From Promethearchaeota archaeon (lineage in GTDB: Archaea > Asgardarchaeota > Lokiarchaeia > Sigyniarchaeales > SOKP01): a DNA stretch of 57,156 nucleotides. A program made the translations under genes and the position numbers. Of the stretch, positions 19,862 through 30,192 are shown piece after piece (the first letter of the stretch is position 1; every line of letters begins with the position of its first letter). Location: the NCBI GenBank assembly GCA_048940645.1, contig JBHLOI010000018.1:1-57156 (forward strand), given 5' to 3'. The notes below the pieces were generated by a model. The model was given only the letters and a program-made list of their open reading frames with translations, did no database searches and was not told the DNA's origin.

Positions 19862-21556
19862 GTGAGTTTCATGATTAAATTAATTAATAAGAAAAAAACC
19901 TATTTCTATCTTTTCACTATTTCATCATTGATTATTTTAAGTTCTACTATTTTCCTTCTAAATTCAAACCGAATGATATTTTACATTGAGAATGATAACC
20001 AGATAAAATCTTCTTCGTTAATACTTGGAGGAGGGTTGTGGCTTGATAATCCTAATTTTACTGATACTGTTGATCCATGGTTTCCAACGATAACAGGAGA
20101 TAATACTGATGTTGATGCTTCTTATACACCAGGTCAAGCAAATTTTGAAGTTATTGGGGATCAAAGAACTTTTTCAGAAATATCTGGCACTCCACTTGAG
20201 GAACAATGGTTAAACACTACTAATCCTCTTTTCCCTGCTTTACCAGATAACTATGGAATTGATCAATATGGTTGTTGGGCAAATCATACCTGGATTGATC
20301 CTGATGATCCTGTTCAAAGTCCTAGTATAAATTGGGAGAGAAACATTACCATGCCTGTCGATATGTCAGATTACGTAATAACCTCGGCTTCTATTTCAGC
20401 AGTCTATAATGCATCAGTAACAGCCTCTCCCGGTGGTGCAGGTTATCAACCAAATTCCTTTTATGGAGTAGACGTTCCTGGAGATACAGTAGATTCAGGT
20501 AGTGGATATACTAGAGATTACGATTCAGTAAGATTTTATGTATTAATCTCTGACTTAGAAAATACTGAAATACATGAAATAGCGTGGTATCAATCTATAG
20601 ACTTAGGAAAAGATTCAGCAGGTGCTTATGACAATATCACAGATTCATTTATGGATAAGGTCTTAGAAGAAACATTAATAATTTATTTGAGCTCCCTTTT
20701 TGATCGTGATAGTTCTCATTTTAAGATAACTCTTGGTATAAGAATTAAATGTGTTGATAATTGGGATTTTGATCGAGATCGCTGGGACCCTTTAAGAATT
20801 AAATCATGCAATTTAACCTTCACATATCAAAAAAAAATTGATCAATTTACTGCTATTTCATGGAATCAGATAGGAAATCAAATTAGTGGTGATAACGTAT
20901 ATATTACTGGAGCGAATCTTAACTTTAAATATAAAGTTAATGAAACTTGGCCTAATGCACTCTCCCCAAATTCTGAATTGAGAATATTATTAAACAATAA
21001 CTCACATTCCGAAGCAATCAATTTAAATTTAGCAACAACTAGTTTTCAAGAAGCCAAGTTAGAAGGATTTGACATTACATATCTTATATTAAAAGATATA
21101 AATATATCTCTTTCAATTCAACTCTACTTAGCTGATGAATTTCTATTTAATAAGTCTATAACAATTTCGATTGATGAGGTTTACCTTGAAATTTCATATA
21201 TTACTATTTTTGAGGAAACTCTGAGTGAACCTGAAATATTTCGGCTTTTACTAATATTAGCCTTAATAGTAGGCACAGCATTAGGAACATATCTCATCTT
21301 ATATCAAAAAATATTTAAATTTCCCCTACCAGTGAGAAAAGTTAGGAAATATAGGAGAACTCTTAATAAATCAGAACCTCCAAGTACCTCGATCACGGAT
21401 TCTGAGACCTCCTTTGACAAGCTATATAAAAAAGAATTAAATAAAAGTTCAAAATTTGTGAAAATTAGTTATAAAGAAGAATTAGGCAAAGCTAGCCCAA
21501 CAATTGAGAAGATTACAAAAAATGAATCTATAAAAACGAAGGGAGGAGGGAGCTAA
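19862..21556 (+). CDS. membrane-anchored surface glycoprotein, paralogue 1 of tandem family
   Basis: N-terminal signal/TM, ectodomain rich in N-x-S/T sequons, C-terminal TM and basic tail (FPLPVRKVRKYRR). Confidence 0.8.
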   Translation: MSFMIKLINKKKTYFYLFTISSLIILSSTIFLLNSNRMIFYIENDNQIKSSSLILGGGLWLDNPNFTDTVDPWFPTITGDNTDVDASYTPGQANFEVIGDQRTFSEISGTPLEEQWLNTTNPLFPALPDNYGIDQYGCWANHTWIDPDDPVQSPSINWERNITMPVDMSDYVITSASISAVYNASVTASPGGAGYQPNSFYGVDVPGDTVDSGSGYTRDYDSVRFYVLISDLENTEIHEIAWYQSIDLGKDSAGAYDNITDSFMDKVLEETLIIYLSSLFDRDSSHFKITLGIRIKCVDNWDFDRDRWDPLRIKSCNLTFTYQKKIDQFTAISWNQIGNQISGDNVYITGANLNFKYKVNETWPNALSPNSELRILLNNNSHSEAINLNLATTSFQEAKLEGFDITYLILKDINISLSIQLYLADEFLFNKSITISIDEVYLEISYITIFEETLSEPEIFRLLLILALIVGTALGTYLILYQKIFKFPLPVRKVRKYRRTLNKSEPPSTSITDSETSFDKLYKKELNKSSKFVKISYKEELGKASPTIEKITKNESIKTKGGGS

Positions 21557-21558
21557 GA

Positions 21559-23160
21559 ATGAAAAAAGGCAGAAAAACTTTCTATATTTTGATTATATTT
21601 ATATTGTTTGGAGTATCTGCTATAAGTTATAATTACTTTCATAATTTAGCTCCAATTGGAATTGAGGACCAAAATATTCGTTCTTCTAGGATCGAACAAA
21701 GAACTAAAGAAATAATAGAAAACCCTGATTTTTCAGATCCTATAGAGCCCTGGTATGATCAAGTATCAGGAGATACTTCAGATGTATTAACCAGCTATTC
21801 TCCTGGTGAAGGATATTTCAAGCTTATCGGCGAAGAATTCGTCTTTTCAGAAATATCTGGCATTCCTCTTAGCTCAGATTGGACACAAGTTCATAATCCA
21901 GAATTTCCTGCATATCCCGATAATGTTGCAATTACTCCACAAGGGTGTTATGCTAACCATCAATGGTCAGATAATGGTGCTGATCAATCACCAAGTGTTC
22001 ATTGGGAAAGAAATGTGAGTATGACTGTTGATATGTCAGATTATATAATTACTTCTGCATCAATTGCAGCAGTTGTGAATGCAAGTGCTAATACAAATAT
22101 AGAAACTCCTGGTGATGCCACTGGTAATGGTAATACGCAAAATTATACATGGGATTACGTTAGATTTTATGTTTTATTTTCAGATTTATCTAAAAAGAAA
22201 GTTTATGAAGTTGCATTTAACCAAACTGTATATTTAGGAAAAGATGCTGCTTCTAATCCCGATCTTATGACGGATACTCTTTTAACTTCTGCTTCAGAAG
22301 AAGATTTATGTTCCTATCTTACATCTGTTTTAGCTAGTGATAATCATAATTTTACAATTACTTTAGGAATAAGAATCTGGTGTGAAGACAATTGGTTTAG
22401 CGATCAAGATTATTGGAATTATCTATATATAAAATCCTGTAATCTTGCATTTACTTATCAAAAAAAAATAGATCAAGCCACAAAGGCTTCTTGGAATTAT
22501 ATAGGAGATAAAATTAGAGGGCAAAATGTCAGTATAATCGATGCAAATCTAAGATTTAAATACAAAATTAATCAAGCTTGGCCTACAGCATTATCTCCCA
22601 ATTCTAGACTAAAAATTCTTATAAATAATAATTCTCTCTTAGAATCAGTTAAATTGAGTACTGCATCTTTATCTTTTATTGAAGCTAAAGATGGGGGTTT
22701 TGATATTACTTATTTAATTTTGAAGGACATAAATATTTCGCTGACTATTCAATTATTTTTAGGAGATGAATTTCCTCTAAATCAAAATTATACTATCTCA
22801 ATTACGGATATTCATATGATGGTTATTTATAATGTATTCATTCCAGAAACAGGACAAGAACCTTGGTTTTTTGCTGGATTATTCATTATTGCTGCTATAG
22901 CTGCTACTGTGATATCTGGATTATTAATCGCATATATTAAAGTTTGGAGATTTCCAGTACCCATACGTAAGCTGCGCAAGCATAGAAAAGCTTTACCAAG
23001 TGAAAAAGCTCCTGATGTTAAAATTATTTCTCGTGAAGCAGCTTTTAAAGGTAATTTTCATAAAGAAATGGATAAAACATCAAAATTTTTAAAAGCTCCA
23101 TCTCTTGATGGAAAGATTGGGAAAGAAAGACTTTTTAGAAAAGAAGCTGGAAAACCATAA
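21559..23160 (+). CDS. membrane-anchored surface glycoprotein, paralogue 2
   Basis: Shares DMSDY-ITSAS, IKSCNL-FTYQKKIDQ, LSPNS and GFDITYLILKDINIS motifs with its neighbours; GGAGG Shine-Dalgarno. Confidence 0.8.
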   Translation: MKKGRKTFYILIIFILFGVSAISYNYFHNLAPIGIEDQNIRSSRIEQRTKEIIENPDFSDPIEPWYDQVSGDTSDVLTSYSPGEGYFKLIGEEFVFSEISGIPLSSDWTQVHNPEFPAYPDNVAITPQGCYANHQWSDNGADQSPSVHWERNVSMTVDMSDYIITSASIAAVVNASANTNIETPGDATGNGNTQNYTWDYVRFYVLFSDLSKKKVYEVAFNQTVYLGKDAASNPDLMTDTLLTSASEEDLCSYLTSVLASDNHNFTITLGIRIWCEDNWFSDQDYWNYLYIKSCNLAFTYQKKIDQATKASWNYIGDKIRGQNVSIIDANLRFKYKINQAWPTALSPNSRLKILINNNSLLESVKLSTASLSFIEAKDGGFDITYLILKDINISLTIQLFLGDEFPLNQNYTISITDIHMMVIYNVFIPETGQEPWFFAGLFIIAAIAATVISGLLIAYIKVWRFPVPIRKLRKHRKALPSEKAPDVKIISREAAFKGNFHKEMDKTSKFLKAPSLDGKIGKERLFRKEAGKP

Positions 23161-23341
23161 AAAAATAAAAATTCTTTTCCTTTTTAAATCTGAAATTTTT
23201 ACATTTTATTAAGTAAACTATAAAACTAAAACTAAAAATTATTAATATCAATATAGTTAATAATTGTTAATAGTTTTTTATTTAATTAATAATAGCTTAA
23301 AAACTAAATTCAATTTACTCTATCAAGAGGAAAATAATTTT

Positions 23342-26300
23342 ATGATTTTAAAAAAGCGCAATAACAAAAAAAAGATTTATCTCTCTACGATTATAGTTCT
23401 TGCGTTCACGATTCTTGGCTTATCAATATATTCCACTTATCAGATTAACCATCAAAATTATATTCAAGATAAAATTCTCTTTTCAAGCGACGGAGGACTT
23501 TTAGGACAATGGTTTACTGAATCACATCAGAAGCAGTGGATTGATAATTATGATTTCAATAATACTGTAGGATGGATTTCTGAATATGGTGGGGATGTCA
23601 CTGATGTGGATGCAGATATTAGTGGGGGTTATGCTAATTTTCATGTAATCGGAGATACTCATACAACAAAATTGATTTCAGGGACTCCAAACTCTTCAAG
23701 CTCTCAAAATTGGTATAATGCCATCAATCCTGATATTCCTGTATACCCCACCCAAGGTCATAAAATTAATAAATCGGGATGTTTTGCTTCTCACTTATGG
23801 GCTGAGCATAATTTAGCAACTACAAACGCTTATCAAAAAACCAGTGTCCATTGGGAAAAAGTTATCACGACGCCATATAACATGTCAGATTATATTATTA
23901 CTAACGCATCCCTTAGGGTGTTAATTAATGCTACAGCGAAAGCTTATGAAGGAATTGGGGGAGGAGACGTTTGGCACTGGGAAGGTATTGAAGTTGCTGG
24001 TGATGATTTTTCAGATCCTTCTTTTACTTTTTTTACAGAGGGAGATTATATCAAATTCTATGTTAGGCTTTCAAATTTAGACAAGAGTGTTAATTACAAA
24101 ACTATTGAATATAAAACTACCAATTTAGGTCAAGATGGTAGTTTAACTCCTGATAGTTATGATTATTTGAATGATACAATTTTTGAAGCCGATAATGTCG
24201 AGGATCTTATTTTTTATTTGAATCAAGTATTAGAGACCGGTGATTACCAAAATTTTATAATTATCCTTGGAATAGAATTTAACTGCGAAGATAATTGCTC
24301 AACGGACCTTGATGAATTTACAGAAGCTTACATTAAATCCTGTAATTTAACCATTAGTTATGTAAAAAGAATCGATCAATTAACTTCAGCTTCATGGAAA
24401 TACCTTGGAAATCAAATTGACAATAAAGGTGGAGTTGTAAGGGTGACAAATGCAAAATTATTTTTTAATTTCAAAATTGATAAAAACTGGATTACAAATT
24501 TATCGCCTAATTCTGAACTAAGAATCGTTGTTAATGATTTGGTTCATACTGAGACAATAAAATTAAGTAATGCTAAAACAACATTTAGTTCAGCCAAACA
24601 AAATGGTTTTGACATTACACGATTAATCCCTGCTTACGAGGAAATTAATATCTCTATACAATTGTTTCTTGCTGACGAATTTCAACTAAATGAAAACTAC
24701 ACCATAACTATTGATAATGTTTTTTTAAATCTCTCATATGATTTATTCTTTGAAGCCCAATTAAACCTATTATATCAGATACTGTTGGCAGTAGCTATAG
24801 TAGCATCAAGTTTATTATCATTCTATTATATCTATTATCGTAGAGTATTACGATTTCCTAAATCAATTAGAAAATTGCGAAAGTTCAGGAAATCATTGAA
24901 TAAAGAAAGTCCCCCAGATGTTCAAATAGTCAAACGCAATAGAGCATTTCAAGAACAATATAAAGACGAAGTAAAAACAATATCGAGAGTTTTAGGTGCC
25001 AAACAAAACGTAAAAAGCATGGATATTAAGAAAGATTCAAAAATTAAGAGTAAACAACTTATTTTAATACTTTTCATTCTATTAGGCTTCTTTTTCTTCC
25101 CATTACTGGTAAATGCGGAGCCTTTTAATCCTAAAATTAAAAATCAAGAAAATTATCTTGTTATATCGCAATCTAGCCCATCAGATCAATATACGCGTGA
25201 AACAAGAGTGGTTGATTGGATACAAAATTCTCAATTTAATACAGATGAAAATTGGAGCCAGATATTACATGGTGATTCATCAGATTTAAATGCAGATATT
25301 AGTAATGGTTATGCTAATTATAGAGTGATAGGAGATTCGGGAAGCCAAGAATTTTATGAAAATGGGCTAAGTAGTGGTTGGGTTCGAATAGAAAATGATG
25401 ATGGGGTAGCATTACCTGATGTTATTGGTGGTGGTGGCTATGGAATGGATAGTAGAGGGTGGTATGCCTATTATAATTGGCCAGATAATCAACCACAATC
25501 AGTAAGAGTGCAGTGGATGAAGAATTTTTCGATGGGTATCAACATGTCCGATTATTATATTACGTCTGCTTCTTTAAAAGCGTGGATTAATGGGAGTGCT
25601 CAAGCTACTCCTGTATATGATCTTGCCCTTGGAGGAGGTATAGATCGTCCTGGTGACACGATAAATGGCAGTACGACTGTTCAAATTGCAACGGGTGATT
25701 TTGCTAGGTATTTTGTTTTAATATCTGACCCAGAAAATAACAGAGAATTTACTTCAGCAGAATATCAAACTGATGATTTAGGTAAAGATGGACCACCAGA
25801 AATTACTGAATTAAATGATACCCTAATTGTGCCAATTAATGAAGAAACCTTAATATTTTTCTTGGAACAAGTTTTAGAATATGATCACCAGAACTTTTCT
25901 ATTACCCTAGGAATATATATATGGTGTGAAGATTCTGGACATCCTGGTGACCAAGATAATTGGCAGAGTTTAATTATTAAGAATTTCAATTTATCAATTT
26001 CCTATGAGAAAAAAATTGACCAATTTTCATCAATATCATGGGAATATTTAGGAGACCAAATTGAAGCAAATGGTTATAGAGTAGAAGTCACAAATGCAGT
26101 ATTTAATTTTGATTATCTTATTAATCCCCTATGGCCAACTTCATTATCTCCTAATTCAGAAATAAAGTTTTCTATTAATGATGTTGAATATTCTGAAACT
26201 ATTAAATTAAGCAGAGCTACAATAGCTTCACAAAGTGCTAGTGCCTTAGGTTTTGATGTGACAGATTTGATCCCAATTGATCAAGGAATCAATGTTTCAA

Positions 26301-26746
26301 TTCAAGCATACTTAGCAGACGAGTTTATTCTATCAGATAATATAACTCTTTCGATTGATAATGTAATACTTCTAATTACTTATGATGTATTCATTCCAGT
26401 AGAAGAATCTTATTTATTTCAAATTTTATTTGCTATTGCCGTGCTTGCTGCTGCCGTACTGACAACTTATATAATATATTATCAAAAAGTTTTGAAGTAT
26501 CCTAAGCCAGTAAGAAAAGTTCGTAAGTATCGAGGCTCCCTAAACAAAGAAATACCCCCAAGTTCGCCAATACTAGAGCGTGATAAAGCTTTTAAAAATA
26601 AGTATCAAGTAGAATTGAAAAAAACATCAAGATTTCTAAAAGGCACCCCACTAAATGGGAAAATATTAAGAGAGAAAATTTTAGGAAAAATTGACAAACA
26701 AACGCTAAAATTATCAAATGATAAAATCAATATGGAAAAAAAATAA
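23342..26746 (+). CDS. membrane-anchored surface glycoprotein with two tandem copies of the family unit
   Basis: The same motif set occurs twice, separated by TM, basic linker and a second TM; ATG at 23342 preferred. Confidence 0.8.
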   Translation: MILKKRNNKKKIYLSTIIVLAFTILGLSIYSTYQINHQNYIQDKILFSSDGGLLGQWFTESHQKQWIDNYDFNNTVGWISEYGGDVTDVDADISGGYANFHVIGDTHTTKLISGTPNSSSSQNWYNAINPDIPVYPTQGHKINKSGCFASHLWAEHNLATTNAYQKTSVHWEKVITTPYNMSDYIITNASLRVLINATAKAYEGIGGGDVWHWEGIEVAGDDFSDPSFTFFTEGDYIKFYVRLSNLDKSVNYKTIEYKTTNLGQDGSLTPDSYDYLNDTIFEADNVEDLIFYLNQVLETGDYQNFIIILGIEFNCEDNCSTDLDEFTEAYIKSCNLTISYVKRIDQLTSASWKYLGNQIDNKGGVVRVTNAKLFFNFKIDKNWITNLSPNSELRIVVNDLVHTETIKLSNAKTTFSSAKQNGFDITRLIPAYEEINISIQLFLADEFQLNENYTITIDNVFLNLSYDLFFEAQLNLLYQILLAVAIVASSLLSFYYIYYRRVLRFPKSIRKLRKFRKSLNKESPPDVQIVKRNRAFQEQYKDEVKTISRVLGAKQNVKSMDIKKDSKIKSKQLILILFILLGFFFFPLLVNAEPFNPKIKNQENYLVISQSSPSDQYTRETRVVDWIQNSQFNTDENWSQILHGDSSDLNADISNGYANYRVIGDSGSQEFYENGLSSGWVRIENDDGVALPDVIGGGGYGMDSRGWYAYYNWPDNQPQSVRVQWMKNFSMGINMSDYYITSASLKAWINGSAQATPVYDLALGGGIDRPGDTINGSTTVQIATGDFARYFVLISDPENNREFTSAEYQTDDLGKDGPPEITELNDTLIVPINEETLIFFLEQVLEYDHQNFSITLGIYIWCEDSGHPGDQDNWQSLIIKNFNLSISYEKKIDQFSSISWEYLGDQIEANGYRVEVTNAVFNFDYLINPLWPTSLSPNSEIKFSINDVEYSETIKLSRATIASQSASALGFDVTDLIPIDQGINVSIQAYLADEFILSDNITLSIDNVILLITYDVFIPVEESYLFQILFAIAVLAAAVLTTYIIYYQKVLKYPKPVRKVRKYRGSLNKEIPPSSPILERDKAFKNKYQVELKKTSRFLKGTPLNGKILREKILGKIDKQTLKLSNDKINMEKK

Positions 26747-26873
26747 TATAATTATTTTTAAATTTATTTTTATTAACAATTTTTTAGAAGAAGAAATAAT
26801 TTTATTGGAAACTAACTAAATTTATACTAAATCTAATATTTTAAAAACTATATCCATTCAAGTGCTATTATAA

Positions 26874-27920
26874 TTGATTGACAATATTAAAGTATTTAAA
26901 TTAACGTATTCAGGAAATTTAGAAGAGGTTCTACAAGAAGATATATTAACAAGTTTCACATTATTTGATATTTTGACTTTTTATCTTTTAAATCAAAGAC
27001 GCATGTATATTTGGATTAGTAAAAAAGCTTCCCAGTCGTTAAAAAGGCATATACCTTCGATTCGAGAAACATTTTTAAAAGATTATCCTAATTTAAAAAT
27101 ATTACGTAATATCACCGTAGAATTTGGTTCTGAACCTTTAGCATTTTTTGAAGCTATTGAAATTTCAGAAAAGACTTATCGGGAGTATCTTAATGAATTA
27201 GAAACAAAATTACTCCCTGTATTATCTGGAATTAATCGATTAAAAGATGAAGCAGATAAAAATTTCATTTCAGAAAAATATGAAAAATCAATTATTTTTG
27301 CTCAAAAAATTGTGGATTTAGCTAAAGAAATTGATGATAAGTCTCTTGAAATAAATCTCCTCAATTTTATTGAAGAGGCAAAGTCTAAGGCGAAAGCTAA
27401 AGAGGTACTACTACAAATTGAAAGTGAATGTAAAATTAAAATGCAAATATTTGATAATTTAAATAAAGCTGAAAAATATAAAGAAGCTCATAAAATAGTA
27501 ATGGAGTTCCGAAAAAAGTATGAACGTGATTATAATTTACTTTCAATATCAGTAGCCCATGACTTGCTATTAAAGGATGAAAATATGCTTTATAATCTAA
27601 GGCAAGAACAGCAATTACTAAAAGCTAAAATTGATGAGTTAGAAAGAGAAATAGAGAATTTACTATCATTTAACAAATTAAGTCAAGCAGAAAGAATTTT
27701 AGAAGAAAGTAAAAGGTTAACAGATAAAATAATTGATAAAGAGATAACAAATAAGTGGGATTCATTAAAAAATAATTATATAAAAATAAAGGAAATTAAA
27801 AAGAAAGAAATTGAAGAATTAAGTGATGTTGCACTTAACTTTCTTAATAAACGTAATTTATTGGAAGCTATTGATAATTATAACGAAATTATTGATAAAT
27901 TAGAGCAATTTATTGAATAA
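26874..27920 (+). CDS. gelsolin-like domain fused to helical (TPR-like/coiled-coil) repeats
   Basis: MYIWISKKAS ... VEFGSEPLAFFEAI matches the gelsolin-domain pattern; helical C-terminus. Confidence 0.65.
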   Translation: MIDNIKVFKLTYSGNLEEVLQEDILTSFTLFDILTFYLLNQRRMYIWISKKASQSLKRHIPSIRETFLKDYPNLKILRNITVEFGSEPLAFFEAIEISEKTYREYLNELETKLLPVLSGINRLKDEADKNFISEKYEKSIIFAQKIVDLAKEIDDKSLEINLLNFIEEAKSKAKAKEVLLQIESECKIKMQIFDNLNKAEKYKEAHKIVMEFRKKYERDYNLLSISVAHDLLLKDENMLYNLRQEQQLLKAKIDELEREIENLLSFNKLSQAERILEESKRLTDKIIDKEITNKWDSLKNNYIKIKEIKKKEIEELSDVALNFLNKRNLLEAIDNYNEIIDKLEQFIE

Positions 27921-27932
27921 ATTTTTATACTC

Positions 27933-29090
27933 GTGTTTTTAATGAGTTTGGAGCCAGAAAAATTGGAAGATAGGAAAAAAAAGATCATTATTATTTCAGA
28001 GATTGACGAATTAAAGGTAATTGCAAACAATCATTACATTATGGGCAAATATGATGAAGCTATAAAAACCGCAAAAGAAATTATTAACCTAGCAAAAAAA
28101 GTTGAATTGAATTCTATAATAAGGGAGCAAGAAAAATTCATAACCAATCTATATCAAACTATTGAAAAAGAAGACCAAAAATCTTTTATCGTTGACGATT
28201 TTGAAGATTTGAAAATTAAATTTGATAAGTTATCTAATAATGGAAGAATTGAGGAAGCCCATGAAGTAGTTGAAAAATTTAAACAAAAATATGATAAAAT
28301 AATTGATTTGAGTCCAAATCTATCAATAAAAGAATTATTTGAAGAAGAACAGAAAATTTGGAATAAATATTCTACTGAGCAAAATAACTTGAAAACCCAA
28401 TTAGAACCGCTGGAAATACAATTAGAAAGTTATTTGAGCACTAATAATGTATTATTAGCAAGGGAAACTCTCCAAAAAGCAAAACCCCTTTTAAAAAATC
28501 TTAAGAATATTGCTTTATTAGAACGATGGGGGACTATGGAGGCTATGTTTCATGAACTTAAAACTAGTTTTGATTTTCGAGAGGAAGTTGAAAAGTCGAT
28601 GGAAGAAATTACAAAATTAACAGATGAGTATAAATTTGATCAAGCTAAAAAATTAATTAGATCTTTAAACCAATTAATTGAAGTGAAACCATTTACTGAT
28701 TATAAAAAAGAGTTAAAAATTAAAGAGAGATCAATCCTTGATGCGGAACAAAAGTATAATAAACTTATAAAGGATATTGAGAACCTAGAGAATTTAATCG
28801 AAGCAAATATTAAAAAATTCTTATTTAATGACGCTATAAATAATTGTAAACAAATAATAAAAATATCGAGATTCATTGGAAAATTAAATTATGTGGATAA
28901 ATATTCTAAATATATTGCAGATATTGAATCCAAAATACAAGCATATGATAAGTTTGAAAACCTCAGAGGAAACCTTATTTCTATTAATAAAGATGCATTA
29001 AACGCATTAGATAAGGGAGATTTTTCATTAGCACTAAATAAATTTAAAGAAATTAGAGAAAAATTACTAAATTTTACAAAAACAAGGTAA
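27933..29090 (+). CDS. all-helical TPR-like/coiled-coil protein
   Basis: Repeated GKYDEAI/YKFDQAK/GDFSLAL helical hairpin patterns; resembles the helical part of the upstream ORF. Confidence 0.7.
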   Translation: MFLMSLEPEKLEDRKKKIIIISEIDELKVIANNHYIMGKYDEAIKTAKEIINLAKKVELNSIIREQEKFITNLYQTIEKEDQKSFIVDDFEDLKIKFDKLSNNGRIEEAHEVVEKFKQKYDKIIDLSPNLSIKELFEEEQKIWNKYSTEQNNLKTQLEPLEIQLESYLSTNNVLLARETLQKAKPLLKNLKNIALLERWGTMEAMFHELKTSFDFREEVEKSMEEITKLTDEYKFDQAKKLIRSLNQLIEVKPFTDYKKELKIKERSILDAEQKYNKLIKDIENLENLIEANIKKFLFNDAINNCKQIIKISRFIGKLNYVDKYSKYIADIESKIQAYDKFENLRGNLISINKDALNALDKGDFSLALNKFKEIREKLLNFTKTR

Positions 29091-29137
29091 TTTCTTACTC
29101 ATCTCCTCTATTAGTGGATTAATAACTATTTTAAATT

Positions 29138-29617
29138 TTGTCCAAGATCTATACTATATTTAAGAAATTATTAAATATCCAATGGATAAAATTGATCCAA
29201 GAAATCATTATTTTATCTAATACAGGAATTCCATTGTTTAATCATACATTAGATGGCAATTTCAATGAGAAATATGATTACCGCTTAATCGCTAGTTATT
29301 TTGATCAAATTTGTCGATTTACAAAATATCGTTTTAGCGAAAGTTTAGTCACTTTAAAATTAAATAAAAGTGAATTTTATTTTTATACTCATCCAGAAAA
29401 ACTATGCCATTTGATCGTGAAGGTGGATGATAAAAATAATAGGAAAAAATCTATAGATCGATTGGCGCGGGAAATTTTTGAACGGTTTACAGCTAAGTTT
29501 AGACGTTATCTAGTTGATTTTAATGGAAATATAAATATTTTTAAATCATTTTCAACTGAACTTGAAGAAGTATTAAAATCCAAGGGGATAAGGTCTTTAT
29601 TGTCAAACTTCCTTTAA
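29138..29617 (+). CDS. longin-like domain protein
   Basis: IIILSNTGIPLF ... EIFERFTAKF ... FNGNINIFKSF pattern; probable TTG start at 29192. Confidence 0.7.
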   Translation: MSKIYTIFKKLLNIQWIKLIQEIIILSNTGIPLFNHTLDGNFNEKYDYRLIASYFDQICRFTKYRFSESLVTLKLNKSEFYFYTHPEKLCHLIVKVDDKNNRKKSIDRLAREIFERFTAKFRRYLVDFNGNINIFKSFSTELEEVLKSKGIRSLLSNFL

Positions 29618-30157
29618 ACATGCTAATATAATCGCATCATGATAATTACCATTCAAATTTAGATATTCTTTCAAAATTCCTTCCTCTCTAAACCCAGAGT
29701 TTCTAAAAGCATTTATTGACCTTATATTTTTTAAAGCGATATGTGCTTCAAGGCGATTAAGTTTAAGATGAAAAAATGCTATATTTTTTATCAGCTCTAG
29801 AGTACTTTTACCAATTCCTTTTTTCCAATAGCTTGGAATAAGCCATACCCCAACTTCGGCTCTCTTATGCTGCCAACTTAGGCTCCATAAACTGATAGAG
29901 CCAATCTTGAGAGGTTTGGAACCTTCTCTAAGTTCTATTATATAATTGAATTGGATGTATTTATCCCAATACCTTAGATAATTTTTAATCAAACTTTTTG
30001 AATGATCTAATGATCTTAAAGGACCTAAAGACAGATAATCAGTTATATTCTGATCCTTTAAACTCTCATAAAAAAAGCGAGTGTCTTCTTTAGATATTTT
30101 TCTCAGGAAAAGATTTCCATTATTAATTTCTTCTACAATATTAATATCATGCCACAT
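29603..30157 (-). CDS. GNAT N-acetyltransferase, RimJ/RimL family
   Basis: RAEVGVWLIPSYWKKGIG, LNRLEA, GFREEGILKE. Confidence 0.93.
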   Translation of the reverse strand: MWHDINIVEEINNGNLFLRKISKEDTRFFYESLKDQNITDYLSLGPLRSLDHSKSLIKNYLRYWDKYIQFNYIIELREGSKPLKIGSISLWSLSWQHKRAEVGVWLIPSYWKKGIGKSTLELIKNIAFFHLKLNRLEAHIALKNIRSINAFRNSGFREEGILKEYLNLNGNYHDAIILACLKEV

Positions 30158-30192
30158 TATTTTTTAAAGAAAAAAAAATTAAAAAAGAATAA

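Noticed and set aside
10715-22018. ORFs at 10715-11200, 12700-12963, 16463-16720, 19102-19284 and 21806-22018
   Set aside because: Shadow or alternate-frame ORFs inside longer confident genes
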